Assembly: GCA_963677495.2 (NCBI GenBank)
Contig: CAXXOU010000001.1
Location: 192,001 to 256,000 of the forward strand
DNA length: 64,000 nt
Reading direction: 5' to 3'
From: Candidatus Cloacimonadales bacterium
GTDB taxonomy: Bacteria > Cloacimonadota > Cloacimonadia > Cloacimonadales > JAFGVF01
The notes below the pieces were generated by a model. It was not told the DNA's origin. It made no database searches and saw only the letters and a program-made list of their open reading frames with translations. Position numbers and translations under genes: made by a program. Positions 11,172-19,704 of the stretch are shown piece after piece (the first letter of the stretch is position 1; each line of letters starts with the position of its first letter).

Positions 11172-11263
11172 AAAACCTAGAATCTCGCTTGTCCCTCCCT
11201 TTAGCCTCCCTAGACCCTCCCTATGAACCCCTAAAGTTATCCACATCGTGTGCATAACTTAAT
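11172..11263. repeat. Dispersed ~90-bp intergenic repeat, copy 1 (inverted copy at 39671-39763)
   Basis: ctagaatctcgct...cctccctagaccctccctatgaacccctaaagttatccacatcgtgtgcataactta is nearly the reverse complement of 39671-39763. Confidence 0.9.
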
Positions 11264-11496
11264 ATAGGGTGCAAAGAAGTTCTTGATGCGACTAAGTATA
11301 GAGAGAAAGCAGACTGCATAAGAATGATAACTTAATTTCAATGTGTTAATAGAATATATACTTAATTATGTAGAAACTACCTTTCAAATGGTCCTTAGAC
11401 CTTTGAAATGGTACTCTTGTCCCACAACCAGTAATCTCTCCGAATTGCACCATTTGGAAGGTCTATCAACCATTCCAAAGGTACAAGTCATAGTAA

Positions 11497-12522
11497 CTAA
11501 AACTTATTATCAAGTATTGTGGTGACAATAGGCTTAAACTCAATACCCAACACAATCAGAGGTAGATCTGAATACCTTTTGAGTTTAGTGAAGTCTTTCT
11601 CAGTAGTGAGAAGATAGTCAATATGATTTGCATGAAGTTCTTTCATAATCTTGTTAATGACATTCTCATCCTTATAATCATAGTGATCGGGATAAATGAA
11701 ATGCGTTTCAAAATTTATATCTGCATCAATAACTGATTTTTCGAAGGAAGCAGGATTACCTAACCCGGAGATTAATGCTACCTTAGAGTCTGCAAATTGA
11801 GGAATATCAATAATATCACCATGCTTATCTCTAATACCTGTAGAAACATGTTTACCTGTTATTATGGGTTTATCATATTTCTGCACTACATTTGGTACAG
11901 TTCCATCACCGGTTAGAACAACATAATCAGCATACTTTATAGCAGAAATAGGTTCCCTTAAAATTCCAGCCGGTAATGTGAATCCGTTGCCTAAAGGTGA
12001 TGGTTGTTTAAAGAGAACAAAATCGATGTCATGCTTTACTTTTAGGTGTTGGAAGGAATCATCTAGAATCACGTAATCAAGATTAGGAAATGACTTTAGA
12101 AGGGTCATTATAGCATTCTTACGATTTCTGCCTGCCACAACCGGGATACCCGGTAAACTATTAGCTATCAAACTCGCTTCATCACATGCTTTTTCCGCTT
12201 TTTCAAGCACCTCTTCCCTATTAGAAATAATGGTGACTAGATTTTCAAACTCACCTTTATAATCTCTATGTGATACTGCAACCTTTAGTCCTTTTGAGGA
12301 TAATAGCTTTGCTAAGAAGATTGTAAAAGGTGTCTTACCGGTGCCACCACTAACAATGTTACCAACACTAATCACTTTAACAGGTGCTTGCCATCCCTTA
12401 TCTTGAAAAATAGCCCGTCTGGTTCTTAAAACGATGCCATAGAGAGCAGAAATTGGATAAAGGAGATATGACAAGGCTGTCCGATTGTTGAGGTGCTTAT
12501 CAATAAAATGCTGTGATGACAT
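11497..12522 (-). CDS. lpxK: Tetraacyldisaccharide 4'-kinase
   Basis: VISVGNIVSGGTGKTP P-loop, LDDSFQH, LPAGILRE, TTEKD motifs. Confidence 0.95.
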   Translation of the reverse strand: MSSQHFIDKHLNNRTALSYLLYPISALYGIVLRTRRAIFQDKGWQAPVKVISVGNIVSGGTGKTPFTIFLAKLLSSKGLKVAVSHRDYKGEFENLVTIISNREEVLEKAEKACDEASLIANSLPGIPVVAGRNRKNAIMTLLKSFPNLDYVILDDSFQHLKVKHDIDFVLFKQPSPLGNGFTLPAGILREPISAIKYADYVVLTGDGTVPNVVQKYDKPIITGKHVSTGIRDKHGDIIDIPQFADSKVALISGLGNPASFEKSVIDADINFETHFIYPDHYDYKDENVINKIMKELHANHIDYLLTTEKDFTKLKRYSDLPLIVLGIEFKPIVTTILDNKF

Positions 12523-12530
12523 AATTGAAT

Positions 12531-12556
12531 AGCCCCATGCCCGAGGACATGGGGCT
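12531..12556 (-). terminator. Hairpin after lemA, possible terminator
   Basis: agccccatg...catggggct inverted repeat; weak U-tract. Confidence 0.5.
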
Positions 12557-12563
12557 TTGGTTA

Positions 12564-13157
12564 TTAAAACTTAACTTTAGGTGCTTCTTGAGCTTCTTGA
12601 GTAGCTTTGAAGAACTCAACCTTAGTAATGTTAAAGATGCCTGCAAGCATATTATTTGGGAAAGTGATAATCATCTGATTGAATCTGTTAGCAGCCTGAT
12701 TATAGTCACGACGTGCAACAGCGATTCTGTTCTCAGTACCTTCAAGCTGACTCTGAAGAGCTAAGAAATTCTGATTAGCTTTAAGATCAGGATAGCGTTC
12801 AGCCACAACCATAAGACGTTGTAACGCACCGCCGAGACCTGCTTGCATCTGCTGGAATTTAGCAAAAGCTTGAGGATCATTAACAACACTACCTGCATCG
12901 ATAGTTCCGCCCATTTTAGAACGAGCTTCAGTAACTGCCTGCAATGTTTCCTTCTCATGAGAAGCATAACCTTTAACGGTTTCAACAAGATTAGGGATTA
13001 AATCGTATCTACGTTGATACTGATTCTCAACTTGTGACCATTGGTTATCTATTTCAACTCTGGCACGTTGCATTGAGTTATATTTACCGATTACACTGAA
13101 GATACCTAAGACAATGATTCCTACTATTACTAACAGGATTAACAAACCTTTTTTCAT
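12564..13157 (-). CDS. lemA: LemA family protein
   Basis: QRRYDLIPNLVETVKGYASHE, YPDLKANQNF, EGTENRIAVARRDYN. Confidence 0.95.
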   Translation of the reverse strand: MKKGLLILLVIVGIIVLGIFSVIGKYNSMQRARVEIDNQWSQVENQYQRRYDLIPNLVETVKGYASHEKETLQAVTEARSKMGGTIDAGSVVNDPQAFAKFQQMQAGLGGALQRLMVVAERYPDLKANQNFLALQSQLEGTENRIAVARRDYNQAANRFNQMIITFPNNMLAGIFNITKVEFFKATQEAQEAPKVKF

Positions 13158-13189
13158 ATATTACCTCACATATTTGGTTTATAAAAGTA

Positions 13190-13215
13190 CAGCAAGGACT
13201 ATTTAGTCCTTGCTG
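13190..13215. terminator. Intergenic hairpin, possible terminator
   Basis: cagcaaggact-attt-agtccttgctg perfect 11-bp stem. Confidence 0.55.
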
Positions 13216-13237
13216 ATTAGTTTAAAACACTTAGAAC

Positions 13238-13525
13238 TTAGATTACGTTAAAAACTCTGAGTAAAATGAGAAGTAAAAGGAGTGCTTGAACACCCCAGCT
13301 GATGAAGAGCTTAGACTTAAGGTCATCAACCATCTTCCTCATCTCATTCTGTTTCTTCTCAGCTTTAACAAGTAAGTTCTCACATACTTCAACCCTTTCA
13401 GCTGTCTGGTCAAATTTCTTAACCTTATTGTTATGGTTGAAGTCACGAATCATAGGACTAATAAAACTGCCTAAAATGGTGAGAAAGGCCGGCAACATTG
13501 AGTGCTTATCTTTCTTCTTCGCCAT
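13238..13525 (-). CDS. Small hypothetical membrane protein with coiled coil
   Basis: GGAGG RBS; operon position; C-terminal hydrophobic helix. Confidence 0.75.
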   Translation of the reverse strand: MAKKKDKHSMLPAFLTILGSFISPMIRDFNHNNKVKKFDQTAERVEVCENLLVKAEKKQNEMRKMVDDLKSKLFISWGVQALLLLLILLRVFNVI

Positions 13526-13536
13526 TTATTCCTCCA

Positions 13537-14379
13537 TTAAAACTTATAACCGACTGAAAAATGATGTGTGCCATCTAGAGTTGCATGTGAATTATATGCA
13601 TAATCAACGAGAATATTGTACATGTTGATTCCGGCACCAAAACTAATTACATTCGGTTTATTGTGAACACCACCCCTTAAAGTAAGGACTTCATGAGGTG
13701 AAATCTCAAGACCACCCATAATTTGGGTTTCTTCACCAAATTCCTGCTTAAGCTCAACAGATGTAGTCACCTTCTCATATGGTGAATGTGAGAGACCTAC
13801 AGCAAAAACTTGAGGAAGATCACTTTCATTATCTTTACCAATCTTAGGATTGTTTATGTTTGTAACAGAGAAAGCAAGTTTTGTTCTCTGTCTGATGGTA
13901 GCAAGTGCACCCATATTCACACCGAAAGCCATCTGAGTGTCATCAGAGTCAGCAAACTCAAGATTATATAGATTAACACCATAACCGAGTGTAAATTCAG
14001 TGTGTATATCTTTCATTAAAGTGAAACCATGGAAAAGACCCATAGTCTGTTCAGACATAAGTGTCTCATCTTCAAAGTCAACACTAAATGATTGAACACC
14101 GAGTCCGATTGCTCCGGCTTTACCAAAGTTGTAAGACACAGCTCCATTGATAAGAGTGTTATAGCCGGTGTTCCATAAGTCAGTATAGCTGATAATAGCA
14201 GCATTGTCAGCATAAACGAGACCGGCAGGATTATAGAAAACAGCAGTAGCATCATCAGCAACTGAGTAGAAAGCTCCACCCATACCACGAGCTCTTGCAG
14301 ATGCACCGTAATCATCAAAAACAGCATTAAGTGACAGAAGGGAAACGGTAAGTGCTATAATAATAAGTATCTTTTTCAT
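13537..14379 (-). CDS. PorV/PorQ-like (UPF0164/FadL-fold) outer-membrane beta-barrel
   Basis: Signal peptide; SARARGMGGAF...ATAVFYNPAGL N-terminal motif; C-terminal HHFSVGYKF. Confidence 0.8.
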   Translation of the reverse strand: MKKILIIIALTVSLLSLNAVFDDYGASARARGMGGAFYSVADDATAVFYNPAGLVYADNAAIISYTDLWNTGYNTLINGAVSYNFGKAGAIGLGVQSFSVDFEDETLMSEQTMGLFHGFTLMKDIHTEFTLGYGVNLYNLEFADSDDTQMAFGVNMGALATIRQRTKLAFSVTNINNPKIGKDNESDLPQVFAVGLSHSPYEKVTTSVELKQEFGEETQIMGGLEISPHEVLTLRGGVHNKPNVISFGAGINMYNILVDYAYNSHATLDGTHHFSVGYKF

Positions 14380-14388
14380 CTCTACCTC

Positions 14389-15780
14389 CTATAGCTCTGT
14401 TGATATGACAATCGGTTGAGTAGTTGTTTTCTTTTTACCTGAGTCAAGTTTTATGACTTCAAGATGACATATATACATTCCGGGTGGAAGCATTTCATAA
14501 GATCTGTCCTTCCCGTTCCAAGTTGTGCTTTCAATGCCTAAAGAGCTGATTAGCTTTTCATTTAAGATAGTGTTTTCAAGCTGACCTTTAGAGTTATAAA
14601 TACTGATTATAACTTTGCAGTTAGTATTACCTTTCACTTCAGCACCGTACGCAATAGTAATCATCTCTTCTTTTGGATTGAAGATGTTTTTATCGCTATC
14701 AGCAGTGTAGATGTTTAAGAAAGGTTTTGATTCAGAATAAGGTACACTCACAAGGGAGTTAAAAATTCTGAAAGCATCTTCTTCATTATACATAAAAGAG
14801 TCGAAGATAAGTTCTGATTGCCCAAACTCTTTTGCAGTAGCTTCAAGAGTAATCAACAAACTATTGTCATCATCAACGATTAGATAATCATCAAAGTTGC
14901 ATTCAACTTTAACAGTATTCCCATCAACATGTGTGAACGTAACTTCTCCATCATACTCATCTGTCATTGAATCATCAAGACTATAACCATCAATAGAGAT
15001 AATTGCTGAATCATAAGAGAGCTCGAAGCTGTAAGACTCAACTTCTTCAGTATCTTCAACAGTATATGTTCTAACTGGGATATCGAAACTACCTGTACCA
15101 TCAACATTAATCTGTGGGATGTTGATACTTGGCTGTTCTATATCAGCTGAAGTTCTTGGACAAATTCTGAAGTAACTATAAGAATACTGAACAACACCTG
15201 TAATAGCAGTAAATTGATCTCCTGCTTGAGGATTAAGTTCATTATATGTAAAGAAGCCATCCATTACATATATTGAAGCACCGGAAGTATCAGTGATTTT
15301 GAAATCTCCATAGCTATCCACAGGGTTTGAGCATGTAGGAGCAATTATTTTTACAAGAACACCTTCCCATTGTTCTGCATCAGCACCAGTAAGGTCTGAA
15401 CATGTAATAACAGCAGGTTCAGGAAGTGGATTACCACTTGATTCTACAGTTGCACTAGAGACCTGACTCATTTCTGTAAGTTCATAATACTCTACAACAT
15501 CAGCAGTAACTACAACAGAGTCACCTAATGCTGGGAATGTACTGTAATCATAAACATAAACACCACTCCATGGTCCACCTTCTCTATCAGAAATAAAGTA
15601 TTTTTCATCATCAAATTCAATAGCTGTTACTATACCACCAACAGATACAGTTTGTCCGGAGTAAGGAGAGTTTCCATTTGCTTGATCAGTATACTGAATG
15701 TCGTACACGGATAATACTTCTGCAAAAAGCATGCTAGATGCAAGAAGTAACATAATAAATAATATCTTTTTTGTTTTCAT
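14389..15780 (-). CDS. Secreted protein with tandem OB-fold-like domains, a cohesin-like domain and a variant FlgD-Ig CTD
   Basis: SVYDIQY...SPYSGQTVSVGGIVTA and EQWEGVLVKI; FDIPVRT...YSFELSYD; FNPKEE...IYNSKGQL...WNGKD...PPGMYI. Confidence 0.75.
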   Translation of the reverse strand: MKTKKILFIMLLLASSMLFAEVLSVYDIQYTDQANGNSPYSGQTVSVGGIVTAIEFDDEKYFISDREGGPWSGVYVYDYSTFPALGDSVVVTADVVEYYELTEMSQVSSATVESSGNPLPEPAVITCSDLTGADAEQWEGVLVKIIAPTCSNPVDSYGDFKITDTSGASIYVMDGFFTYNELNPQAGDQFTAITGVVQYSYSYFRICPRTSADIEQPSINIPQINVDGTGSFDIPVRTYTVEDTEEVESYSFELSYDSAIISIDGYSLDDSMTDEYDGEVTFTHVDGNTVKVECNFDDYLIVDDDNSLLITLEATAKEFGQSELIFDSFMYNEEDAFRIFNSLVSVPYSESKPFLNIYTADSDKNIFNPKEEMITIAYGAEVKGNTNCKVIISIYNSKGQLENTILNEKLISSLGIESTTWNGKDRSYEMLPPGMYICHLEVIKLDSGKKKTTTQPIVISTEL

Positions 15781-15798
15781 ATTCGCCTCATTTATAGT

Positions 15799-16299
15799 CT
15801 AAAGATTCTTATCCTCTATTTTCACATTCTTGTCAAAGAATAATATATAAATAATTAGTAAAGCTATAGCAATCGATATGGAACTGTCTGCCACATTGAA
15901 GACTGGAAAGCGTGTCATAACGAAATCAGGGAAGTCACAATCAATAAAATCTGTAACGTAACCAAGGGATATTCTATCTATCAAGTTCCCAACAGCTCCG
16001 CCAAGAATCATAGAAATTATGGCACTCTCAAAGTTGTTCTTAGTTTTTCTTAGATATAAGAACATCACAACTATTGCAATTAAAGTCACTGCAATGAAGA
16101 TTATCCTATTTACTAACACATTGCCAAATGAAAGGCTAAAAGCTGCTCCTGTGTTACGAACATAGGTAAATCTTACCAGATCACCAATTATCTGAATTGA
16201 ATCATATAACTCAAATCTAGCACGAATCAGATACTTAGTAATCTGGTCAAAAATAATAATAAAACCGGAAAGCAAGAGCCAAGAATATTTAGATTTCAT
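15799..16299 (-). CDS. lspA: Lipoprotein signal peptidase II
   Basis: DQITK, NTGAAFS, GGAVGNLIDR, VTDFI, FNVADS. Confidence 0.97.
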   Translation of the reverse strand: MKSKYSWLLLSGFIIIFDQITKYLIRARFELYDSIQIIGDLVRFTYVRNTGAAFSLSFGNVLVNRIIFIAVTLIAIVVMFLYLRKTKNNFESAIISMILGGAVGNLIDRISLGYVTDFIDCDFPDFVMTRFPVFNVADSSISIAIALLIIYILFFDKNVKIEDKNL

Positions 16300-16697
16300 T
16301 ATCTTCTACTATTCTTAGTCTCTTCTTTAGATTTACAATCAATGCAGAATCGAGCATAAGGTATAGCTTTCAGACGTGATTCCGAAATTAGTTCACCACA
16401 AATTTCGCATACACCATAAACTCCATCATATACCTTTTCTAACGCAATATTCAAGCGTTTTATCTTCTTCTGTTCTGAGTCATACAGATACATTTTCTTC
16501 TCTAAGCTATTTGTATCTGAGCCTTGATCTGCCTGATGAAAAGCATAACTAGAAAGATCTCCTGAACTCTCTTTTGAACTCTTCTTCTGTTCTTGATGTA
16601 CTGATTCAATAAACTTACGACTTTCATCTCTCTCTTCAAGAATCACTTCTTTAAATTCATCAAGCTTTTCTTTTGAATATCTTTTTTCGCTCATCAT
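16299..16697 (-). CDS. TraR/DksA C4 zinc-finger protein
   Basis: HQADQGSD; YGVCEICGELISESRLKAIPYARFCIDC. Confidence 0.92.
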   Translation of the reverse strand: MMSEKRYSKEKLDEFKEVILEERDESRKFIESVHQEQKKSSKESSGDLSSYAFHQADQGSDTNSLEKKMYLYDSEQKKIKRLNIALEKVYDGVYGVCEICGELISESRLKAIPYARFCIDCKSKEETKNSRR

Positions 16698-16711
16698 ATC
16701 CCCTTTTGACG

Positions 16712-17521
16712 TTAATCAAGTCTTTCGATAATTTGTGATATTATAGTTTGTAAGTTATCTTTTGCCAATTCTGCAGCTTTCTGCACATCTTCATGTGTAT
16801 GAGCTTCTGAATGGAAAATATTAGTCATATTAGTAACTACAGAGCATGTAAACACTTTCAATCCACAATGTACAGCTGTAATCACTCCCGGAACTGTTGA
16901 CATTCCAACAACATCAGCTCCCCATCCTGCAAGCATACGGCATTCAGCCCTAGTTTCGAATGATGGCCCTGATACTGCTACATAAATACCCTCTGCTAAA
17001 TCTATCTTATTCTCTTTAGCAACTACTTTTGCCAGTTCTCTTAATCCATTATCATATGCTTCATGCATTGAGGGAAACCTGACTCCAAACTCAGATTTGT
17101 TATCGCCTCTAAGCGGGTTTACTCCCATAAAATTGATATGGTCATTTAGAATCATAAGTTGTCCGGGTTGTAATGCTTCGTTCAAACTACCGGCTGCATT
17201 TGTTGCAAAATAGTACTTCACACCCAATAATGAGAATACTCGCACGGGAAATGTTATTTCCTCCATCGTCCAGCCCTCATAAAAATGGAATCTTCCCTGC
17301 TGGCACACAATAAATTTTTCACCAATAGTTCCAAAGATTAGGTTTCCGGCATGCCCCTCAACTGTTGATTGAACAAATCCGGGAATCTCTGAATATGGTA
17401 TTACAACTTTATTCTGAATCGTATCAGCAAATGAGGACAACCCGCTACCAAGCACTATGGCAACTTCAGGTGTTTGTTTACATCTGCTCTTAATATATTC
17501 TACTGCTTCTTTATAATTCAT
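16712..17521 (-). CDS. punA: Purine-nucleoside phosphorylase (trimeric PNP-I type)
   Basis: IVLGSGL, VEGHAG, GRFHFYEG, TNAAGS, GPSFET, VGMSTVP. Confidence 0.93.
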   Translation of the reverse strand: MNYKEAVEYIKSRCKQTPEVAIVLGSGLSSFADTIQNKVVIPYSEIPGFVQSTVEGHAGNLIFGTIGEKFIVCQQGRFHFYEGWTMEEITFPVRVFSLLGVKYYFATNAAGSLNEALQPGQLMILNDHINFMGVNPLRGDNKSEFGVRFPSMHEAYDNGLRELAKVVAKENKIDLAEGIYVAVSGPSFETRAECRMLAGWGADVVGMSTVPGVITAVHCGLKVFTCSVVTNMTNIFHSEAHTHEDVQKAAELAKDNLQTIISQIIERLD

Positions 17522-18126
17522 TTCTTCTCTGCACTTTGAGGTTTTGCATTTGCATTGTTTCTTGGAGTTTGCTTAGAGTTCTGCTGAGCTGGATAACTCT
17601 GTATAGATTTAAACTCCTTATCCATTAACTGCTCTGCTTTTCTATTAAGCAACGGATCATTTTCTATCTGATGCACAAAGGTATTTAGTTCTGCTTTCAT
17701 CTTCATCAAAAACTGCCTTTTTTGCTCTTTTAATGCAACAAACTGATGTTCATATACATTAAGATACTGTCTCGCTTGCTGTATAGCATTTTGGGCTTTT
17801 ATTTGCGCTTCTTTGATGATAAGCTCAGCTTCTTTTCTAGCGTTATCTACAATCTCAGCTTTTGTCTTTTCAGCTAAGACAAGTGTACGTGTAATCAACT
17901 GTTCTCTTTTCTTTAAATCGCTAACAGTTGCAGTTGCATTATTTACTTCATGCTTTGTTAATTTATGCTGAAGGGCAACTTCATCACTTTTCTTATTCCA
18001 ATCAGTAATTTGATCTCTAATATCATGGGCAATCTCTTCTAGATATGCTCTTACCTCATCCTTATTGTATCCGGCAATCGACGTTTTAAATTCTTTGTAC
18101 TTAATATCTTCCGGTTTTAATGCCAT
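17518..18126 (-). CDS. DivIVA domain coiled-coil protein
   Basis: LKPEDIKYKEFKTSIAGYNKDEVRAYLEEI N-terminus followed by coiled coil. Confidence 0.9.
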   Translation of the reverse strand: MALKPEDIKYKEFKTSIAGYNKDEVRAYLEEIAHDIRDQITDWNKKSDEVALQHKLTKHEVNNATATVSDLKKREQLITRTLVLAEKTKAEIVDNARKEAELIIKEAQIKAQNAIQQARQYLNVYEHQFVALKEQKRQFLMKMKAELNTFVHQIENDPLLNRKAEQLMDKEFKSIQSYPAQQNSKQTPRNNANAKPQSAEKK

Positions 18127-18136
18127 AATTCCCCCA

Positions 18137-18385
18137 TTAGAAGTAAAGTTGTCTGAATAATAATCTCTGAATAATACTAATTAGAAATAATGCAACGATT
18201 GGAGACAAATCAAATGTCCCTGTTCTCGGTAGCATCTGTCTGATTGGTTTCAATACAGGTTCGGTAGCTTTTATTAATAGCTGATAAAACTGATTATAAG
18301 GGTCATTCATTATCCAAGAGAATACTACACGAAGTAGTATTAACAGTTGGTAAATCTTTAATGCAAAGCTTAATAGTTCTATCAT
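18137..18385 (-). CDS. yggT: YggT/YlmG family membrane protein (start revised to ATG 18385)
   Basis: RVVFSWI...ATEPVLKPIRQMLP...DLSPIVA; GAGGA RBS before MIELLS. Confidence 0.9.
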   Translation of the reverse strand: MIELLSFALKIYQLLILLRVVFSWIMNDPYNQFYQLLIKATEPVLKPIRQMLPRTGTFDLSPIVALFLISIIQRLLFRQLYF

Positions 18386-18392
18386 TAGTTCC

Positions 18393-18953
18393 TCAATCAA
18401 TAATCTCATGACAGTTGCGACATCTAGCTTCATAAAGTTCATCTGCCCCTACCAGAATCGTATAATGATCCTTAGTAAGTCTCTGAGTTCTGTTAGCTGG
18501 ATTACCACACTTCATGCAAATCGCAAGATTCTTGGTAATGTATTCAGCAATGGCCAAAAGCTGTGGCATAGGACCGAAAGGTTTGCCCATGTAGTCCTGG
18601 TCTAGACCGGCAACTATAACACGATACCCTTTATCTGCCAGATCATTGGCAACTTCAACTATAGAATCTGCAAAGAACTGAGCTTCATCAATTGCTATGA
18701 TCTCAGGTTCAGTATCAAGGTGTTGATAAATCTCTTCCGGAACTTCAATATTTATGCTGGGAGCAGACATCCTTGAATGCGAAACTATCTGATTATCAGA
18801 ATACCTATTATCTATTACTGGTTTGAAAACGAGAACCTTCTGTTTCGCATATTCAGCTCTTCTTATTCTACGGATAAGCTCTTCAGTTTTTCCTGAAAAC
18901 ATACTACCGCAAATCACTTCTATCCAACCCGTCTTCTGTGTAATAATGTTCAT
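18393..18953 (-). CDS. tdk: Thymidine kinase
   Basis: [33 protein letters not shown]. Confidence 0.97.
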   Translation of the reverse strand: MNIITQKTGWIEVICGSMFSGKTEELIRRIRRAEYAKQKVLVFKPVIDNRYSDNQIVSHSRMSAPSINIEVPEEIYQHLDTEPEIIAIDEAQFFADSIVEVANDLADKGYRVIVAGLDQDYMGKPFGPMPQLLAIAEYITKNLAICMKCGNPANRTQRLTKDHYTILVGADELYEARCRNCHEIID

Positions 18954-19140
18954 TAATTATATATCCTTAATCTACTTAAACCGCTATTTTCCTGCTTAAG
19001 CACAACACTTCTTTATAACTAATCATACTAACTAAAGCATCATTATTTTTGACAAGCACTTTTTCATTTTTTTTTGGAACACCTAATCATCATATTTCCC
19101 TTTTTTATAATTCATATACTTTATTGACTGAACGCGAAAT

Positions 19141-19166
19141 TGCACCGAAACGAAGTATGGGTCGAG
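19141..19166 (+). repeat. Degenerate half-copy of the RAYT-associated REP
   Basis: tgcaccgaaacgaagtatgggtcg resembles tgcaccgtggcgaagtatggggcg at 36946. Confidence 0.55.
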
Positions 19167-19329
19167 AGCTAACATGCTTTCAGGTTCAACAATTTGGACC
19201 TAAGCTGTCTTTCAGGTTCAGGTTTGTTAAATATCACTTCTCCCTTAGTCTCATACGTGTTTATCAGATCCGCATCCTCTTTTGCGATATTGCAAACTTT
19301 CAGTAGACTATCTATCAAAGCGCAGTCAT

Positions 19330-19422
19330 CCCACTGTTTTCCCACTGTGCACGCACTGTGCACCCAGTGAAACAGTGGGTTCGCAGTGCCTTCACAGTGC
19401 GTGCACAGTGCAAACACAGTGC
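19330..19422. repeat. Opposed 11-bp-period array (CACTG x3, then CAGTG x5)
   Basis: CACTGT at 19332, 19343, 19354; CAGTG at 19373, 19384, 19395, 19406, 19417. Confidence 0.9.
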
Positions 19423-19704
19423 GTTGGTGGATAGAGCAGTAAAAGAGAGTAAAAAGGGCAATAAATATAGCTAAGTTATTGCAATAGGCACTGTGTGTGT
19501 CAATTTCGGACTTGCGTTGCAGCGATAGCGTGACGCGAGAACGAAATCAGGAACATGCGACTTCGGAGTGCATTTTAAGAAGTACGTTTTCCTTTCAGTC
19601 TGACAAACTCCCTGAAATGCAGTAAGTCATTGCTAAAGACACTGTCTGGAAATGCAAAAGAGCCCGACCTGATGGTAGGGCTCAAATGTATCTAAATGAT
19701 TAGA

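Noticed and set aside
10694..11496. Replication origin
   Set aside because: Only one perfect DnaA box, inside a repeat that recurs at 39.7 kb; no dnaA, dnaN or gidA context.
11343..11525. 60-aa ORF convergent with lpxK
   Set aside because: GTG start without RBS, overlaps the lpxK end, no motif.
19049..19417. ORFs 19049..19306 and 19169..19417
   Set aside because: No RBS or recognisable motif; they run through repeat elements.
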